64,000 bases of DNA from an uncultured Fibrobacteraceae bacterium. GTDB taxonomy: Bacteria > Krumholzibacteriota > Krumholzibacteriia > LZORAL124-64-63. The notes under the pieces were generated by a model. The model ran no database searches. It worked only from the letters and a program-made list of their open reading frames with translations, and was not told the origin of the DNA. The translations under genes were made by a program, and so were the position numbers. The DNA lies in assembly GCA_964420395.1 (NCBI GenBank), contig CAYQTJ010000004.1, positions 2,506 to 66,505 on the forward strand. Direction: 5' to 3'. Below, piece by piece: positions 36,965-46,412 of the stretch (position 1 is its first letter; the number at the start of each line of letters is the position of its first letter).

Positions 36965-39413
36965 GGGGGGTCGGCGGCCCCGCGGCCGCGCAGACGGGGA
37001 GAGGAGCGGGCGTGCGATGAGCGGCGAAAAGACCAAAGGCGGCTCGGGCGGGTCGGATGTGGCGGAGGCGCGGGTCCCCGACGTGCTGCCGATCCTGCCG
37101 ATCAGCGAGGCCGTCATCTTCCCGTACATGATGGTCCCGCTGGTCCTGAGCGACCGCAAGCTGATCCAGCTCGCCGACGACTGCCTGGCGGGCGACAAGA
37201 TGCTCGGCGCGTTCGCGCAGCGACCCACCCCGGATGACGAAGAGGAGAAGGAGACGGCCGGCGCCGAGGAGGAACTGATCTACACCGTCGGCACGGCGGT
37301 CAAGCTGCAGAAGATGCTGCGCTTCCCGGACGGCAGCATGCGGCTGCTCGGGCAGGGGGTGGCGCGGGTGCAGCTGAGGGGGCTGACGTCGCGCCGGCCG
37401 TACCTGAAGGGCCGCGTGTCGGTCGTCGAGGAGGATGACAGCCGTGACTCGCGGACGCTGGCCTACATGCGCGGCGTGGCGAACAACTTCATGAAGATCG
37501 TCGACGCCAGCGAGAACCTGTCGGAGGAGCTGAAGGTCGTCGTCATGAACATCGACGACCCCGGCCGCCTCGCCGACCTGATCGCCACCAACCTCGACAT
37601 CGAGATCGGCGAGAAGCAGCAGGTGCTCGAGGAGCCGAGCCCGCGCAAGCGGCTCCAGCTGTTGACGAAGATCGTCATGCGCGAGCTGGAGGTCGTGGAG
37701 CTCGGGCGCAAGCTCCAGCTGCGCGTGCGCAAGTCGATCGACAAGGACCAGCGCGAGTACTACCTGCGGCAGCAGTTGAAGGCGATCCAGCGCGAGCTGG
37801 GCGACACGGACGAGGCGTCCGTGGAGATGGACGAGCTGAAGGAGCGGATCGCCGCGGCCGACCTGCCGGAGACGACGCGGGCCGCCGTCGAGCGGGAGTA
37901 CGACCGGCTGGCGCGCATGTCGCCCGGGGCGAGCGAGTACACAGTCAGCAAGACCTACGTGGACTGGCTGCTCGACCTGCCGTGGCACGTGGCCTCGGAG
38001 GACAAGCTCGACCTGCGCCGCGCCGAACGGCTGCTCGAGCGGGACCACTACGGACTGGCGGACGTCAAGGAGCGGATCCTCGAGTTTCTCGCCGTGCGCA
38101 AGCTCAAGGCCGACAACCGCGGCCCGATCCTCTGCCTCGTCGGCCCTCCCGGCGTGGGCAAGACGTCGCTGGGACGCAGCGTGGCGGAGGCGGTGGGCCG
38201 CAAGTTCTTCCGCTTCTCCCTGGGCGGCATGCGCGACGAAGCGGAGATCCGCGGGCACCGCCGCACCTACGTCGGCGCGATGCCGGGGCGGATCATCGCC
38301 GGGCTGAAGGAGTGCGGCACCAACAACCCGCTCATCATGCTCGACGAGATCGACAAGCTCGGCCAGGACTTCCGCGGGGACCCGGCCAGCGCGCTGCTGG
38401 AGGTGCTCGACCCGGAGCAGAACTGGTCCTTCACCGACCACTACCTGGCGCTGCCGTTCGACCTGTCGAAGGTCCTCTTCATCACGACGGCGAACGTTCT
38501 CGACTCGATCCCGCGCCCCCTGCTCGACCGCATGGAGATCATCAGTCTCGCCGGGTACACCAACCTCGAGAAGCTGGAGATCGCGCGGCGCTACCTGGTG
38601 CCGCGGCAGATCGAGTCGAACGGGCTCTCCGGGGGGTTGATCCGCTTCTCGGACGCCGCCGTGCAGCAGATCATCGCCGAGCACACGCGGGAGGCGGGGG
38701 TGCGCGAGCTGGAGCGGCGCATCGGCGCGGTGTGCCGGAAGGTGGCTCGCGACGTGGCCCGGGGAAAGCGCGGACAGCGCCGCATCACCGCCGCGAACCT
38801 CAACGACTATCTCGGCTCGCCCCCGTACGCCGACGACCGTCTGCGCAGCCGGGCGCGGGTGGGCGTGGCGACGGGGCTCGCCTGGACCGCCGTGGGCGGA
38901 AAGATCCTCTACCTCGAGGGGGTGCTGCTGCCCAACGGGAGCGGCACGATGAAGCTGACCGGACAGCTCGGCAGCGTGATGCAGGAGTCGGCCAGCGCCG
39001 CCTTCTCCTACCTGCGCAGCCGGTTCGGGGAGCGGCCGGAGCATCGCGAGTTCTTCCGCGCCCACGACCTGCACATCCACATCCCGGCGGGCGCCACCCC
39101 GAAGGACGGGCCGAGCGCGGGCATCGCGCTGGCTTCGGTGATGCTGTCGCTGCTGCTCGGCCGCCCGATCGACCGGCTGACGGCCATGACCGGGGAGATC
39201 ACGCTCACCGGCGACGTGCTGCCGATCGGCGGCCTCAAGGAGAAGGTGCTGGCCGCGCACCGGGCGGGCGTGCGGCGAATCATCCTGCCGGCGGCGAACG
39301 AGCCCGACCTGGACGACATCCCGAAGGAGGCGGCGCGCGAGATCCGCTTCGTTCCGGTGAAGCACATCGATGCGGTCTGGCGGGAGATCTTCCCGCGGCT
39401 GCGGCTGGACTGA
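36951..39413 (+). CDS. lon: ATP-dependent Lon protease (LonA)
   Basis: LON N-domain ([19 protein letters not shown]). AAA+ Walker A ([21 protein letters not shown]). Sensor ([14 protein letters not shown]). Catalytic serine context ([43 protein letters not shown]). The start is either 36951 (overlapping the hsp20 end) or ATG 37017. Confidence 0.9.
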   Translation: MSTREGGRRPRGRADGERSGRAMSGEKTKGGSGGSDVAEARVPDVLPILPISEAVIFPYMMVPLVLSDRKLIQLADDCLAGDKMLGAFAQRPTPDDEEEKETAGAEEELIYTVGTAVKLQKMLRFPDGSMRLLGQGVARVQLRGLTSRRPYLKGRVSVVEEDDSRDSRTLAYMRGVANNFMKIVDASENLSEELKVVVMNIDDPGRLADLIATNLDIEIGEKQQVLEEPSPRKRLQLLTKIVMRELEVVELGRKLQLRVRKSIDKDQREYYLRQQLKAIQRELGDTDEASVEMDELKERIAAADLPETTRAAVEREYDRLARMSPGASEYTVSKTYVDWLLDLPWHVASEDKLDLRRAERLLERDHYGLADVKERILEFLAVRKLKADNRGPILCLVGPPGVGKTSLGRSVAEAVGRKFFRFSLGGMRDEAEIRGHRRTYVGAMPGRIIAGLKECGTNNPLIMLDEIDKLGQDFRGDPASALLEVLDPEQNWSFTDHYLALPFDLSKVLFITTANVLDSIPRPLLDRMEIISLAGYTNLEKLEIARRYLVPRQIESNGLSGGLIRFSDAAVQQIIAEHTREAGVRELERRIGAVCRKVARDVARGKRGQRRITAANLNDYLGSPPYADDRLRSRARVGVATGLAWTAVGGKILYLEGVLLPNGSGTMKLTGQLGSVMQESASAAFSYLRSRFGERPEHREFFRAHDLHIHIPAGATPKDGPSAGIALASVMLSLLLGRPIDRLTAMTGEITLTGDVLPIGGLKEKVLAAHRAGVRRIILPAANEPDLDDIPKEAAREIRFVPVKHIDAVWREIFPRLRLD

Positions 39414-39430
39414 AGCGGCGGGGAGGTCAC

Positions 39431-40552
39431 GTGGTGAGCCCGCTCATCGACCGGCTGCTGGATCCCTGGTCGCGCCGCGGCCGGGAGGCGGCCTTCACGC
39501 TGCCGGGGGCCCTGGCGCCCGGCGCCGCGGTCCTGGTGCTGGACAGCGGGGACCTGGCCGACCTCGTCTTCCACGGCCCGTTGCTGCACGGCCTGCGGGC
39601 GGGGGTGCCGGATCTGCGCGTGGACGTGCTGCTGCCGGAGGGGCACGCCCAGTTCGTGGCGGCGAGCGGCCTGGCGCGCAACTGCCTCACCTACCGGGAG
39701 GCGCAGCTGCGCCCCTTCCGCCGCGGTTTCTTTCCCCTGCTGCGGGCGGCCCGCGCGGGGGGGTACGACGCGACGATCATCGCCAGCCAGGAGCCGCAGC
39801 CGGCCCTGGCCCGGGTGGCGATGGCCACCGGCGCGCCGCTGAGGCTGGGACCGTCGCACGCGAACGCCTGGCCGGCCGTGAACCTGGAGATCCGCCGCGG
39901 CGCGGACGATGCCACGTACCGCGGGCGCCGGCCGGCCGCGGCCCTGCCGCTGCTGGGGCTGCCGGAGCCGGCGCCCGGCTGGAGCTGGCCCCTGCCGGAG
40001 GAGCGGCGGCGACACGTCCGGCAGCTGGTGCGCTTCAACAAGACCCGCCCCGACGACCTGCTGGTCGCCGTCGATCCGGGGGCGGGGAAGAACGGCCCTC
40101 CGCTGGCCCTGGCGAGCCTGCAGTTCCTGATCGCCCAACTGGCCGGCCGCCACGCCTGCCAGATCGTGCCGCTGTGCGCCAACGGCGGCGGGGAGCGGCT
40201 GCGCGAGCTCACCGCGGCGCTGCCGGCCGCGCCGCCGGCCCTGCCGCGGGCCGACCTCCTGGAGACCGCGCTGCTGCTGTCGCAGTGCGACCTCTTCCTG
40301 GGCGGGAACACCGATCTGTTCCATCTCGCGGTGTCGCTCGGCGTGCCGGCGATCGGCCTGTTCACCGAGGAGGATGGCGCCGACTGGGAGCCGCGGGGCC
40401 GGCCGACCGCGCGGGGGCTGCGGGTGAAACGGGGTGAGCGGGTGGACGCGGAGGCGCTGTTCGCCGCCGTGGCGGCCGTCGGCATCCGCAGCGGGCCGCG
40501 GGCGGCCGCCGCCGCGGACGGAGCGTCGGCATGGCGCGAGGGAGCGGTCTGA
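39431..40552 (+). CDS. glycosyltransferase family 9 (LPS heptosyltransferase-like) #1
   Basis: GTG start preceded by GGGAGG. ADP-heptose transferase fold motifs are present: VAVDPGAGKNGP..., LLLSQCDLFLGGNTDLFHLAVSLGVPAIGLF. The 856-aa long ORF 37982..40552 is rejected upstream of 39431 because that part overlaps lon in another frame. Confidence 0.7.
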   Translation: MVSPLIDRLLDPWSRRGREAAFTLPGALAPGAAVLVLDSGDLADLVFHGPLLHGLRAGVPDLRVDVLLPEGHAQFVAASGLARNCLTYREAQLRPFRRGFFPLLRAARAGGYDATIIASQEPQPALARVAMATGAPLRLGPSHANAWPAVNLEIRRGADDATYRGRRPAAALPLLGLPEPAPGWSWPLPEERRRHVRQLVRFNKTRPDDLLVAVDPGAGKNGPPLALASLQFLIAQLAGRHACQIVPLCANGGGERLRELTAALPAAPPALPRADLLETALLLSQCDLFLGGNTDLFHLAVSLGVPAIGLFTEEDGADWEPRGRPTARGLRVKRGERVDAEALFAAVAAVGIRSGPRAAAAADGASAWREGAV

Positions 40553-40553
40553 G

Positions 40554-41660
40554 ATGGACGCCGCGGCGCGGCCGCCGCGTGGCCGGCGCCTGCTGGTGGT
40601 CGCGCCGAACTGGCTCGGCGATCTGATCATGGCCACGCCGGCCCTCGACCGGCTGGCGGAGGCGCGCGCCGCGGGGTGGTCGCCGGTGCTGAGCCTCCCC
40701 GCGCGCTGGGCCCCCCTGTTCGCCGGCGATTCCCGCTGCGACGCCCTGTTGCCCTGGGACCGCCAGGGTCGCCACGCCGGGATCCTCGGCGTGCCGCGGC
40801 TGGCCGCCCTGTGGCGGGGGGCGCGGGCGGAGGCGGTGGTGTTGATGCCCCCGTCGCTGCGTGTGGCGCTCGCCGCGCGCCTGGCCGGGATCCCGCTGCG
40901 TGCCGGTCACGCGACGGACGGGCGGCGGGCCCTGCTGAGCCACCCCCTGCCGCGCCCGCCGCGCGGTTCCCGGCACTTCAGCCGCGAGATGCTCGATCTG
41001 GCCGAGGCGGCGCTCGCCGCGGTGGGGGGGGCGGCGGCCGGGGAGTCGGCGGCGCCGCGCCACCCGTCCCTGCCTGTCTGCGCGCGGGTGGCGCCCGATC
41101 CGCGGCTGGCGGGCGGTCCGCCGGTCTGGGCGCTGGGTGTGGGGACCACCTTCGGCGACGCCAAGAGCTGGCCGCCGGGTCGCCTCGCCGCCTTCGCCGC
41201 CCGGGCGGTCGGCGAGGAGGGGGTGCGGGTGCTGCTGCTGGGCGAGCCGGCGGGGCGGGCGGCGGCGGACGCGGCCCGGGCGGCCGGGGGCGCGCCGTGG
41301 CGGGAGACGCCGGAGGGGGGACCGGGCGTGGTCGATCTCGTCGGGCGCACCTCCCTGCTCGATGCGGTGGCGCTGTTGCGCGGCTGCGCGCTCTATGTGG
41401 GCAACGATTCCGGGCTGATGCATCTGGCGGCGGCCCTCGGCACGCCGACGCTCGGGCTGTTCGGCTCCACGAGCCCGGCCTGGACGGCGCCGCGCGGCCC
41501 CCGCGCGGCGTGCGTCGTCGCGGAGGGGTTCGCCTGCTCGCCCTGCTACCTGCGGCGCTGCCCGCAGCCGCTCTTCTGCCTCGAAACGGTCACGCCGGGG
41601 CAGGTGCTGGAACGGGCCCGGGCGCTGCTGGCCGCGCCGGCGGAGGGGGAGCCGGAATGA
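40554..41660 (+). CDS. glycosyltransferase family 9, ADP-heptose:LPS heptosyltransferase II-like (WaaF/RfaF-like) #2
   Basis: RRLLVVAPNWLGDLIMATPALDRL, ALGVGTTFGDAKSWPPGRLAAFA, VGRTSLLDAVALLRGCALYVGNDSGLMHLAAALGTPTLGLFGSTSPAWTAP and CSPCYLRRCP are canonical WaaF motifs. Confidence 0.8.
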   Translation: MDAAARPPRGRRLLVVAPNWLGDLIMATPALDRLAEARAAGWSPVLSLPARWAPLFAGDSRCDALLPWDRQGRHAGILGVPRLAALWRGARAEAVVLMPPSLRVALAARLAGIPLRAGHATDGRRALLSHPLPRPPRGSRHFSREMLDLAEAALAAVGGAAAGESAAPRHPSLPVCARVAPDPRLAGGPPVWALGVGTTFGDAKSWPPGRLAAFAARAVGEEGVRVLLLGEPAGRAAADAARAAGGAPWRETPEGGPGVVDLVGRTSLLDAVALLRGCALYVGNDSGLMHLAAALGTPTLGLFGSTSPAWTAPRGPRAACVVAEGFACSPCYLRRCPQPLFCLETVTPGQVLERARALLAAPAEGEPE

Positions 41661-42259
41661 GCCTGTGGCTGCCGGAGGGGTGCCCCGAGGCGGACGCCCG
41701 GAAGGACCGGACGGACGGTGGCGCCCTGTTCGTCGACCGCGACGGCGTGGTCATCGCGGACGCCGACTACCCGGCGGATCCGTCCGCCGTCCGGCTGCTG
41801 CCGGGCGCGGCGGCGGCCCTCGCGCGCGCCCGCGCCGCCGGCTACCTGGTGATCGGGGTGTCCAACCAGTCCGGCATCGGACGCGGTTACTACGGCGAGG
41901 CGGATTTCGCGGCGGTGCAGCGGCGCGTCGATGCGCAACTCGCCGCCGCCGGCGCCGGACTGGACGCGCTCTATTACTGTCCGCACGCCCCGGCGCAGGA
42001 CTGCCGCTGCCGCAAGCCGCGGCCCGGCCTGCTGGAGGAGGCGGCGACGCGCTTCCGGTGGCGCGCCGACCGCTCCTGGCTGGTGGGCGACAAGCTGACG
42101 GACGCGGAACTGGCGCGGGCGGCGGGGCTGCGTCCCGTTCTGGTGCTGACCGGCAAGGCGGAGGCGCGGTCCGCCGGCCTCCCGCCCGACGGGGCGGTGC
42201 TGGTGGTGGCGGATCTGGCGGAGGCGGTCTCCCGCCTCCTGAGCGGGGAGCGGGCGTGA
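41657..42259 (+). CDS. gmhB: D-glycero-D-manno-heptose-1,7-bisphosphate phosphatase (HAD-IIIA, GmhB)
   Basis: ATG overlaps the upstream stop (ATGA). ALFVDRDGVV (HAD motif I), IGVSNQSGIGRGYY (motif II), and the GmhB zinc-finger cysteines (CPHAPAQDCRCRKP). Confidence 0.8.
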   Translation: MSLWLPEGCPEADARKDRTDGGALFVDRDGVVIADADYPADPSAVRLLPGAAAALARARAAGYLVIGVSNQSGIGRGYYGEADFAAVQRRVDAQLAAAGAGLDALYYCPHAPAQDCRCRKPRPGLLEEAATRFRWRADRSWLVGDKLTDAELARAAGLRPVLVLTGKAEARSAGLPPDGAVLVVADLAEAVSRLLSGERA

Positions 42260-43482
42260 GCTGGCTGCTGGACGACCGACCGTTGCGGGCCATCCTCGTG
42301 ACCCGGCTGCGCTACCTCGGCGACGTGGCGATGGCGACCGTCGTGGCGGAGGCGCTGCGCCGGGGCGATCCGCAAGTCGACCTCGGCTTCCTCTGCGAGG
42401 AGGCGTACGCGCCGGTGCTGGCCGGCCAGCCGTCCCTGCGGCGCGTGCACGTGCTGCGGACCAGGCGGCGCTCGGCGGACGCGCGGGCCCGGTCGGTGCG
42501 CGCCGACCCGCGCACCCTCGCGGTGGCGCCGGTCCTGCCCGACGATTGCGAACCGGCCGGCGGGGCCCACCTCGGCCTGCCGCACGGCGGCGGCGGCATA
42601 ATGCGCGAACTGCGCACCGCCCGGTACGATCTGGCGGTCGATCTCCTGTTCAATCCGCGCAGCGCCCTGCTGCTCCGGCTGTCGGGGGCCGGGGCCCGGG
42701 TGGGGGGGCCGGCCGGTTGGCGGCGCCGGCTCTACACCCACCTGGCCGGGCCGGAGGCGCTGGACGGAGACCCGCAGCTGCGTCGGCTCGCGCCCGGCTG
42801 TCTCGGGGATCACCTGTCGCGGCTGGCGCCGCTGCGGCACGGGCCGAGCGGGCTGCCGTTCCTGGCGTGGTACCGGCGGGAGTACGCCGCCGCGCCGGCG
42901 AGGCCCCTGGTGGCCCGCCCCCCCCTGGGGGGAGGGGCGGCGCGCCGGGCCCTCGACGTGCTCGGCGTCGGGGGCGGGAACGGCTTCGTGCTGCTGGCTC
43001 CCGGTGCCACCTGGCCGAGCAAGGAGTGGCCGGCGGCGCGCTGGGCGCAGTTGGTCGGGCTGCTGGCGGCGCGGCAGGCGCGGCCGATCGTGCTCCTGTC
43101 GCCGCCGCTGCGGGGAGAGCTCTACGCGCCGCTGGCGCGCGAGGTGCCGCCGGGACGCGGCGGGCTGCTGCCGCCGCTGCCGCTGGTCGAGGTGCTGCGC
43201 ACGGTGGCGGCCGCGGATCTCGTGGTGAGCGTGGACGGGGGGATCATGCACGCGGCGGTGGCGATGGACCGGCCGACCCTGGCGCTCTTCGGCCCCACCG
43301 ATCCGGCGATCTGGTTCCCCTACCCCGGCCACGGCCGGCAGCGGGTGCTGGGGACCGCCCCCGCCTGCCACCCCTGCGACCGCCACGACTGCCAGGAGTT
43401 CGTCTGCCTGCCGGACCTCGCGGCGGACGCGGTGGCGGCGGCGGCGCTCTCCCTGCTGGCGACCGCCGGGAGCGACCGGTGA
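42256..43482 (+). CDS. glycosyltransferase family 9 (LPS heptosyltransferase-like) #3
   Basis: GTGA overlap with gmhB. ILVTRLRYLGDVAMATVVAEALR; VLLAPGATWPSKEWPAARWAQLV; VVSVDGGIMHAAVAMDRPTLALFGPTDP; CHPCDRHDC. Confidence 0.75.
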   Translation: MSWLLDDRPLRAILVTRLRYLGDVAMATVVAEALRRGDPQVDLGFLCEEAYAPVLAGQPSLRRVHVLRTRRRSADARARSVRADPRTLAVAPVLPDDCEPAGGAHLGLPHGGGGIMRELRTARYDLAVDLLFNPRSALLLRLSGAGARVGGPAGWRRRLYTHLAGPEALDGDPQLRRLAPGCLGDHLSRLAPLRHGPSGLPFLAWYRREYAAAPARPLVARPPLGGGAARRALDVLGVGGGNGFVLLAPGATWPSKEWPAARWAQLVGLLAARQARPIVLLSPPLRGELYAPLAREVPPGRGGLLPPLPLVEVLRTVAAADLVVSVDGGIMHAAVAMDRPTLALFGPTDPAIWFPYPGHGRQRVLGTAPACHPCDRHDCQEFVCLPDLAADAVAAAALSLLATAGSDR

Positions 43483-44534
43483 TCGGCGGAGCGGCGGCAG
43501 CTCCCGGCCGCGTGAGGAGCATCCTCGTGATCCGCCGGCGGGCCCTCGGAGACGCGCTGGTCACGCTGCCGGCCGTGTTGCGGCTGGCGGAGGCGTTCCC
43601 CGCGGCCCGGATCGACCTGGTCGTGGACCGCGCTTTCGCCGCGCTGCTCACCGGCCTGGCGCCGGGGCTGACGATCCTGCCGTGGCCGCCGGGGCGGGGC
43701 GAACGACCGCGCTGGATCGCCCGGCTGCGCGCGGCGCGGTACGACCTGGCGCTCGATTACCTCGGCAGCCCCCGCACGGCGCTCTGGACGGCGCTGACCG
43801 GCGCCCCGCTGCGGGTCGGCTACGCGCTGCGGGGGCGCGCCTGGGCCTACAACGTGCGCGTCCCGCGCAACCGGGACGGCGCGACGCCGCTGGCCGCCTT
43901 CGCCGGGGAGGCGTTCCTCGATCCGCTGCGGGCGCTCGGGCTGGCCCCGGCGCCGTGGCGGGCCGTTGGAGCGGCCGCCGCCCATCCGAACCCAGGCTCC
44001 GCGGGACCGTCCGGCCCGCGGATCGGCCTGGCCCTCGGCGCCACCTGGCCCGCGAAGGGGTGGCCGCTGGCGCACGCGGCCGAACTGGCGGCGCTGGCCG
44101 CGGCGGCGGGGGCGACCGTGCTGCTGCTGCCGGGGCCGGGCGAGGAGCGGCTGGCGGCCGAGTTCCGGAGCGTGGCGCCGGCGGCGGAGGTGGCGCCGCC
44201 GACCAGCCTCGTCGAACTCGCGGCGCTGCTGGCCACGCTCGACCTGCTGGTGGCCACCGATTGCGGCGCCCGTCACCTGGCCGCCGCGCTCGAGGTGCCG
44301 ACCGTGACCCTGTTCGGCCCGACCGATCCCCGGGGCTGGAACCCCGCGGATCCGCGCCATGTTGCAGCACGGACCGGCGAGTCGTGCTCGCCGTGCGATC
44401 TCACGATCTGCCCGATCCCCGGTCATCCCTGCATGACCGGCTTGACCGGGTCGCTCGTCTGGGACAAGGTGCAGGCACTGCTGGCGCGCCGCGCGGCCGC
44501 GGACGGCCGGCGCGGGGAAGGGACGGGCGCATGA
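43479..44534 (+). CDS. glycosyltransferase family 9 (LPS heptosyltransferase-like) #4
   Basis: GTGA overlap with the upstream gene. ILVIRRRALGDALVTLPAVLRLAEAFP; IGLALGATWPAKGWP; LVATDCGARHLAAALEVPTVTLFGPTDP; CSPCDLTICP. Confidence 0.75.
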   Translation: MIGGAAAAPGRVRSILVIRRRALGDALVTLPAVLRLAEAFPAARIDLVVDRAFAALLTGLAPGLTILPWPPGRGERPRWIARLRAARYDLALDYLGSPRTALWTALTGAPLRVGYALRGRAWAYNVRVPRNRDGATPLAAFAGEAFLDPLRALGLAPAPWRAVGAAAAHPNPGSAGPSGPRIGLALGATWPAKGWPLAHAAELAALAAAAGATVLLLPGPGEERLAAEFRSVAPAAEVAPPTSLVELAALLATLDLLVATDCGARHLAAALEVPTVTLFGPTDPRGWNPADPRHVAARTGESCSPCDLTICPIPGHPCMTGLTGSLVWDKVQALLARRAAADGRRGEGTGA

Positions 44535-45361
44535 CGGGGCGGAAGCAGGGGGCGACGTGGCTCGCGGCGACCCTCGTATCGGCATGGCTCGTGGCGGCGT
44601 CGGCGGGGTCGGCGTCGGCCCAGGCCGGGACCGACAGCCTGCCGGCCGGTGCGCCGGCGGCGGGGGCCGGTCCCGATTCCGCGGCCGTTGTCCCGTTCGC
44701 GCCGGGCGAGCGGCTGGTCTTCTCCATCGACTACGGACCGGTCAACGCCGGCGAGGGCACGCTGGAGGTGCGGGGGCTGGTCGAGACCGACGGGCACCCC
44801 TGCTATCTGATCGAGAGCCGTGCCTCGTCCAATCGATTCTTCTCCGCCTTCTACATGGTGCGGGACAAGGTCGTCTCGCATGTCGACGTGGCGCGCCTCT
44901 ACTCCCGCTACTTCGCGAAGCGGCTGCGGGAGGGGGAGTACCGGCAGAACATCGAGGTGCGGTTCGACCAGGTGGCCGGGAAGGCGCACTATGCCGACGG
45001 GCGGACTTTTGATACCATGCCGGGCGTCCACGACGTGCTGTCGGCCTTCTATTTCGTGCGGACGCTCGCGCTCGAGCCGGGCCGGACCTACCACGTCGAC
45101 ACCCACAGTTCGCGCAAGAACTATCCGCTGGAAGTCATCGTGCACGGGCGGGAGAGGGTGAAGGTGCCGGCGGGGGAGTTCGACTGCCTGGTGGTGGAGC
45201 CGGTGATCCTGGGCGACGGCCTGTTCCAGCACGAGGGCAGCCTGACCATCTGGCTGACCGACGACGCCCGCAAGATGCCGGTCCTCATGAAGACCAAGGT
45301 GAAGGTCGGGTCGATCGACGCCTCGCTCAAGGAGTTCGTGACGGGAGGGGCGCCGCGCTGA
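44531..45361 (+). CDS. secreted DUF3108-like protein
   Basis: ATGA overlap with the upstream gene. Signal peptide (WLAATLVSAWLVAASAGSASA). The pattern GERLVFSIDYGPVNAGEGTLEV...YLIESRASSNRFFSAFYMVRDKV...D is as in the DUF3108 beta-barrel family that is often LPS-cluster-associated. Confidence 0.55.
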   Translation: MTGRKQGATWLAATLVSAWLVAASAGSASAQAGTDSLPAGAPAAGAGPDSAAVVPFAPGERLVFSIDYGPVNAGEGTLEVRGLVETDGHPCYLIESRASSNRFFSAFYMVRDKVVSHVDVARLYSRYFAKRLREGEYRQNIEVRFDQVAGKAHYADGRTFDTMPGVHDVLSAFYFVRTLALEPGRTYHVDTHSSRKNYPLEVIVHGRERVKVPAGEFDCLVVEPVILGDGLFQHEGSLTIWLTDDARKMPVLMKTKVKVGSIDASLKEFVTGGAPR

Positions 45362-45383
45362 GGCGGGGCCCGGGGAGGGATCC

Positions 45384-46412
45384 GTGTCGTCATCGGGGAA
45401 CGACGGTCGGTCGCCTGGCCTGCCGCTGCGCGGCTGGCCGGAGGTCGACCTGGACCGGGTGCGTCGGCTCCCGTTCCAGGCGCGCCTGAACAAGGTCTCC
45501 ATCGACGACTTCGGCCGGCCGTCCGCCCCGGGCGACGGCGGCGGCGCGTGGAACCGCTGGCTCGACGGCCTGCCACGGCTGCTGGCGGCGGACAACCTGC
45601 GCCTGCTCGTGGCCCGGCTGCGGGAGGCCCGGCGCGACCGCCGCGTCATCCTCTGGCTGCTCGGCGGGCACGTCGTCAAGACCGGCCTCGCCCCCTACCT
45701 GATCGACCTGATGGATCGCGGCTACCTGACGGCCGTGGCGATGAACGGCTCGGCCTCCATCCATGACGTGGAGGCGGCGCTGTTCGGTCGCACCAGCGAG
45801 GACGTGGCGCGGAATCTCGAGGACGGCAGCTTCGGGATGGTCGCCGAAACCGGCGACTTCTTCCGCGCGGCCTACCGCGAGGCCTTCGCGGACGGATGCG
45901 GCATGGGCGAAGGGGTCGCCCGGAAGCTCGAGCGGGCGGCCGCGCCCCATCGCGACCGGAGCGTGCTGCACGGAGCCTGGCGGCGCGACCTGCCGTGCAC
46001 CGTGCACGTCGCCATCGGCACCGACATCATCCATCAGCAGCCCGGCGCCGACGGCGCGGCCATCGGCGAGTTGACGATGCGCGACTTCCGCGTGCTGGCC
46101 GAGGTGACGCGCGGCCTGGCGCCGGTCGGCGTGGTGGTCAACCTGGGCTCGGCGGTGGTCATGCCGGAGGTGTTCCTGAAGGCCTATACGGTCGCGCGCA
46201 ATCTGGGCTGTCGCCCCGACCGACTGACGACCGCCAATCTGGACATGCTCCAGCACTACCGACCGCGCGAGAACGTGCTGCAGCGCCCCACCGCGCTCGG
46301 CGGCGACGCGATCCCGCTGACCGGTCACCACGAGATCATGGTGCCGCTGCTGCACGCGCTGCTGGTCGACGCGGATGACGCCGACGCGGGCGCGCGGCGG
46401 GGGCCGGCATGA
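45384..46412 (+). CDS. hypothetical protein with deoxyhypusine-synthase-like fold features
   Basis: ILWLLGGHVVKTGLAPYLIDLMDRGYLTAVAMNGSASIHDVE resembles the DHS LGYTSN..SG...I..L.....VD.LVTTAGG.EED block. DLPCTVHVAIGTDIIHQ resembles the IPVF.PA.TDGS.GDM block. Assignment is by eye only. Confidence 0.4.
   Translation: MSSSGNDGRSPGLPLRGWPEVDLDRVRRLPFQARLNKVSIDDFGRPSAPGDGGGAWNRWLDGLPRLLAADNLRLLVARLREARRDRRVILWLLGGHVVKTGLAPYLIDLMDRGYLTAVAMNGSASIHDVEAALFGRTSEDVARNLEDGSFGMVAETGDFFRAAYREAFADGCGMGEGVARKLERAAAPHRDRSVLHGAWRRDLPCTVHVAIGTDIIHQQPGADGAAIGELTMRDFRVLAEVTRGLAPVGVVVNLGSAVVMPEVFLKAYTVARNLGCRPDRLTTANLDMLQHYRPRENVLQRPTALGGDAIPLTGHHEIMVPLLHALLVDADDADAGARRGPA

Noticed and set aside
37982-40552. 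Single 856-aa ORF spanning the lon 3' region and the first GT9 gene.
   Set aside because: The upstream 483 codons overlap lon in a different frame and translate to low-complexity sequence. A GTG at 39431, preceded by GGGAGG, gives a normal-length GT9 protein.
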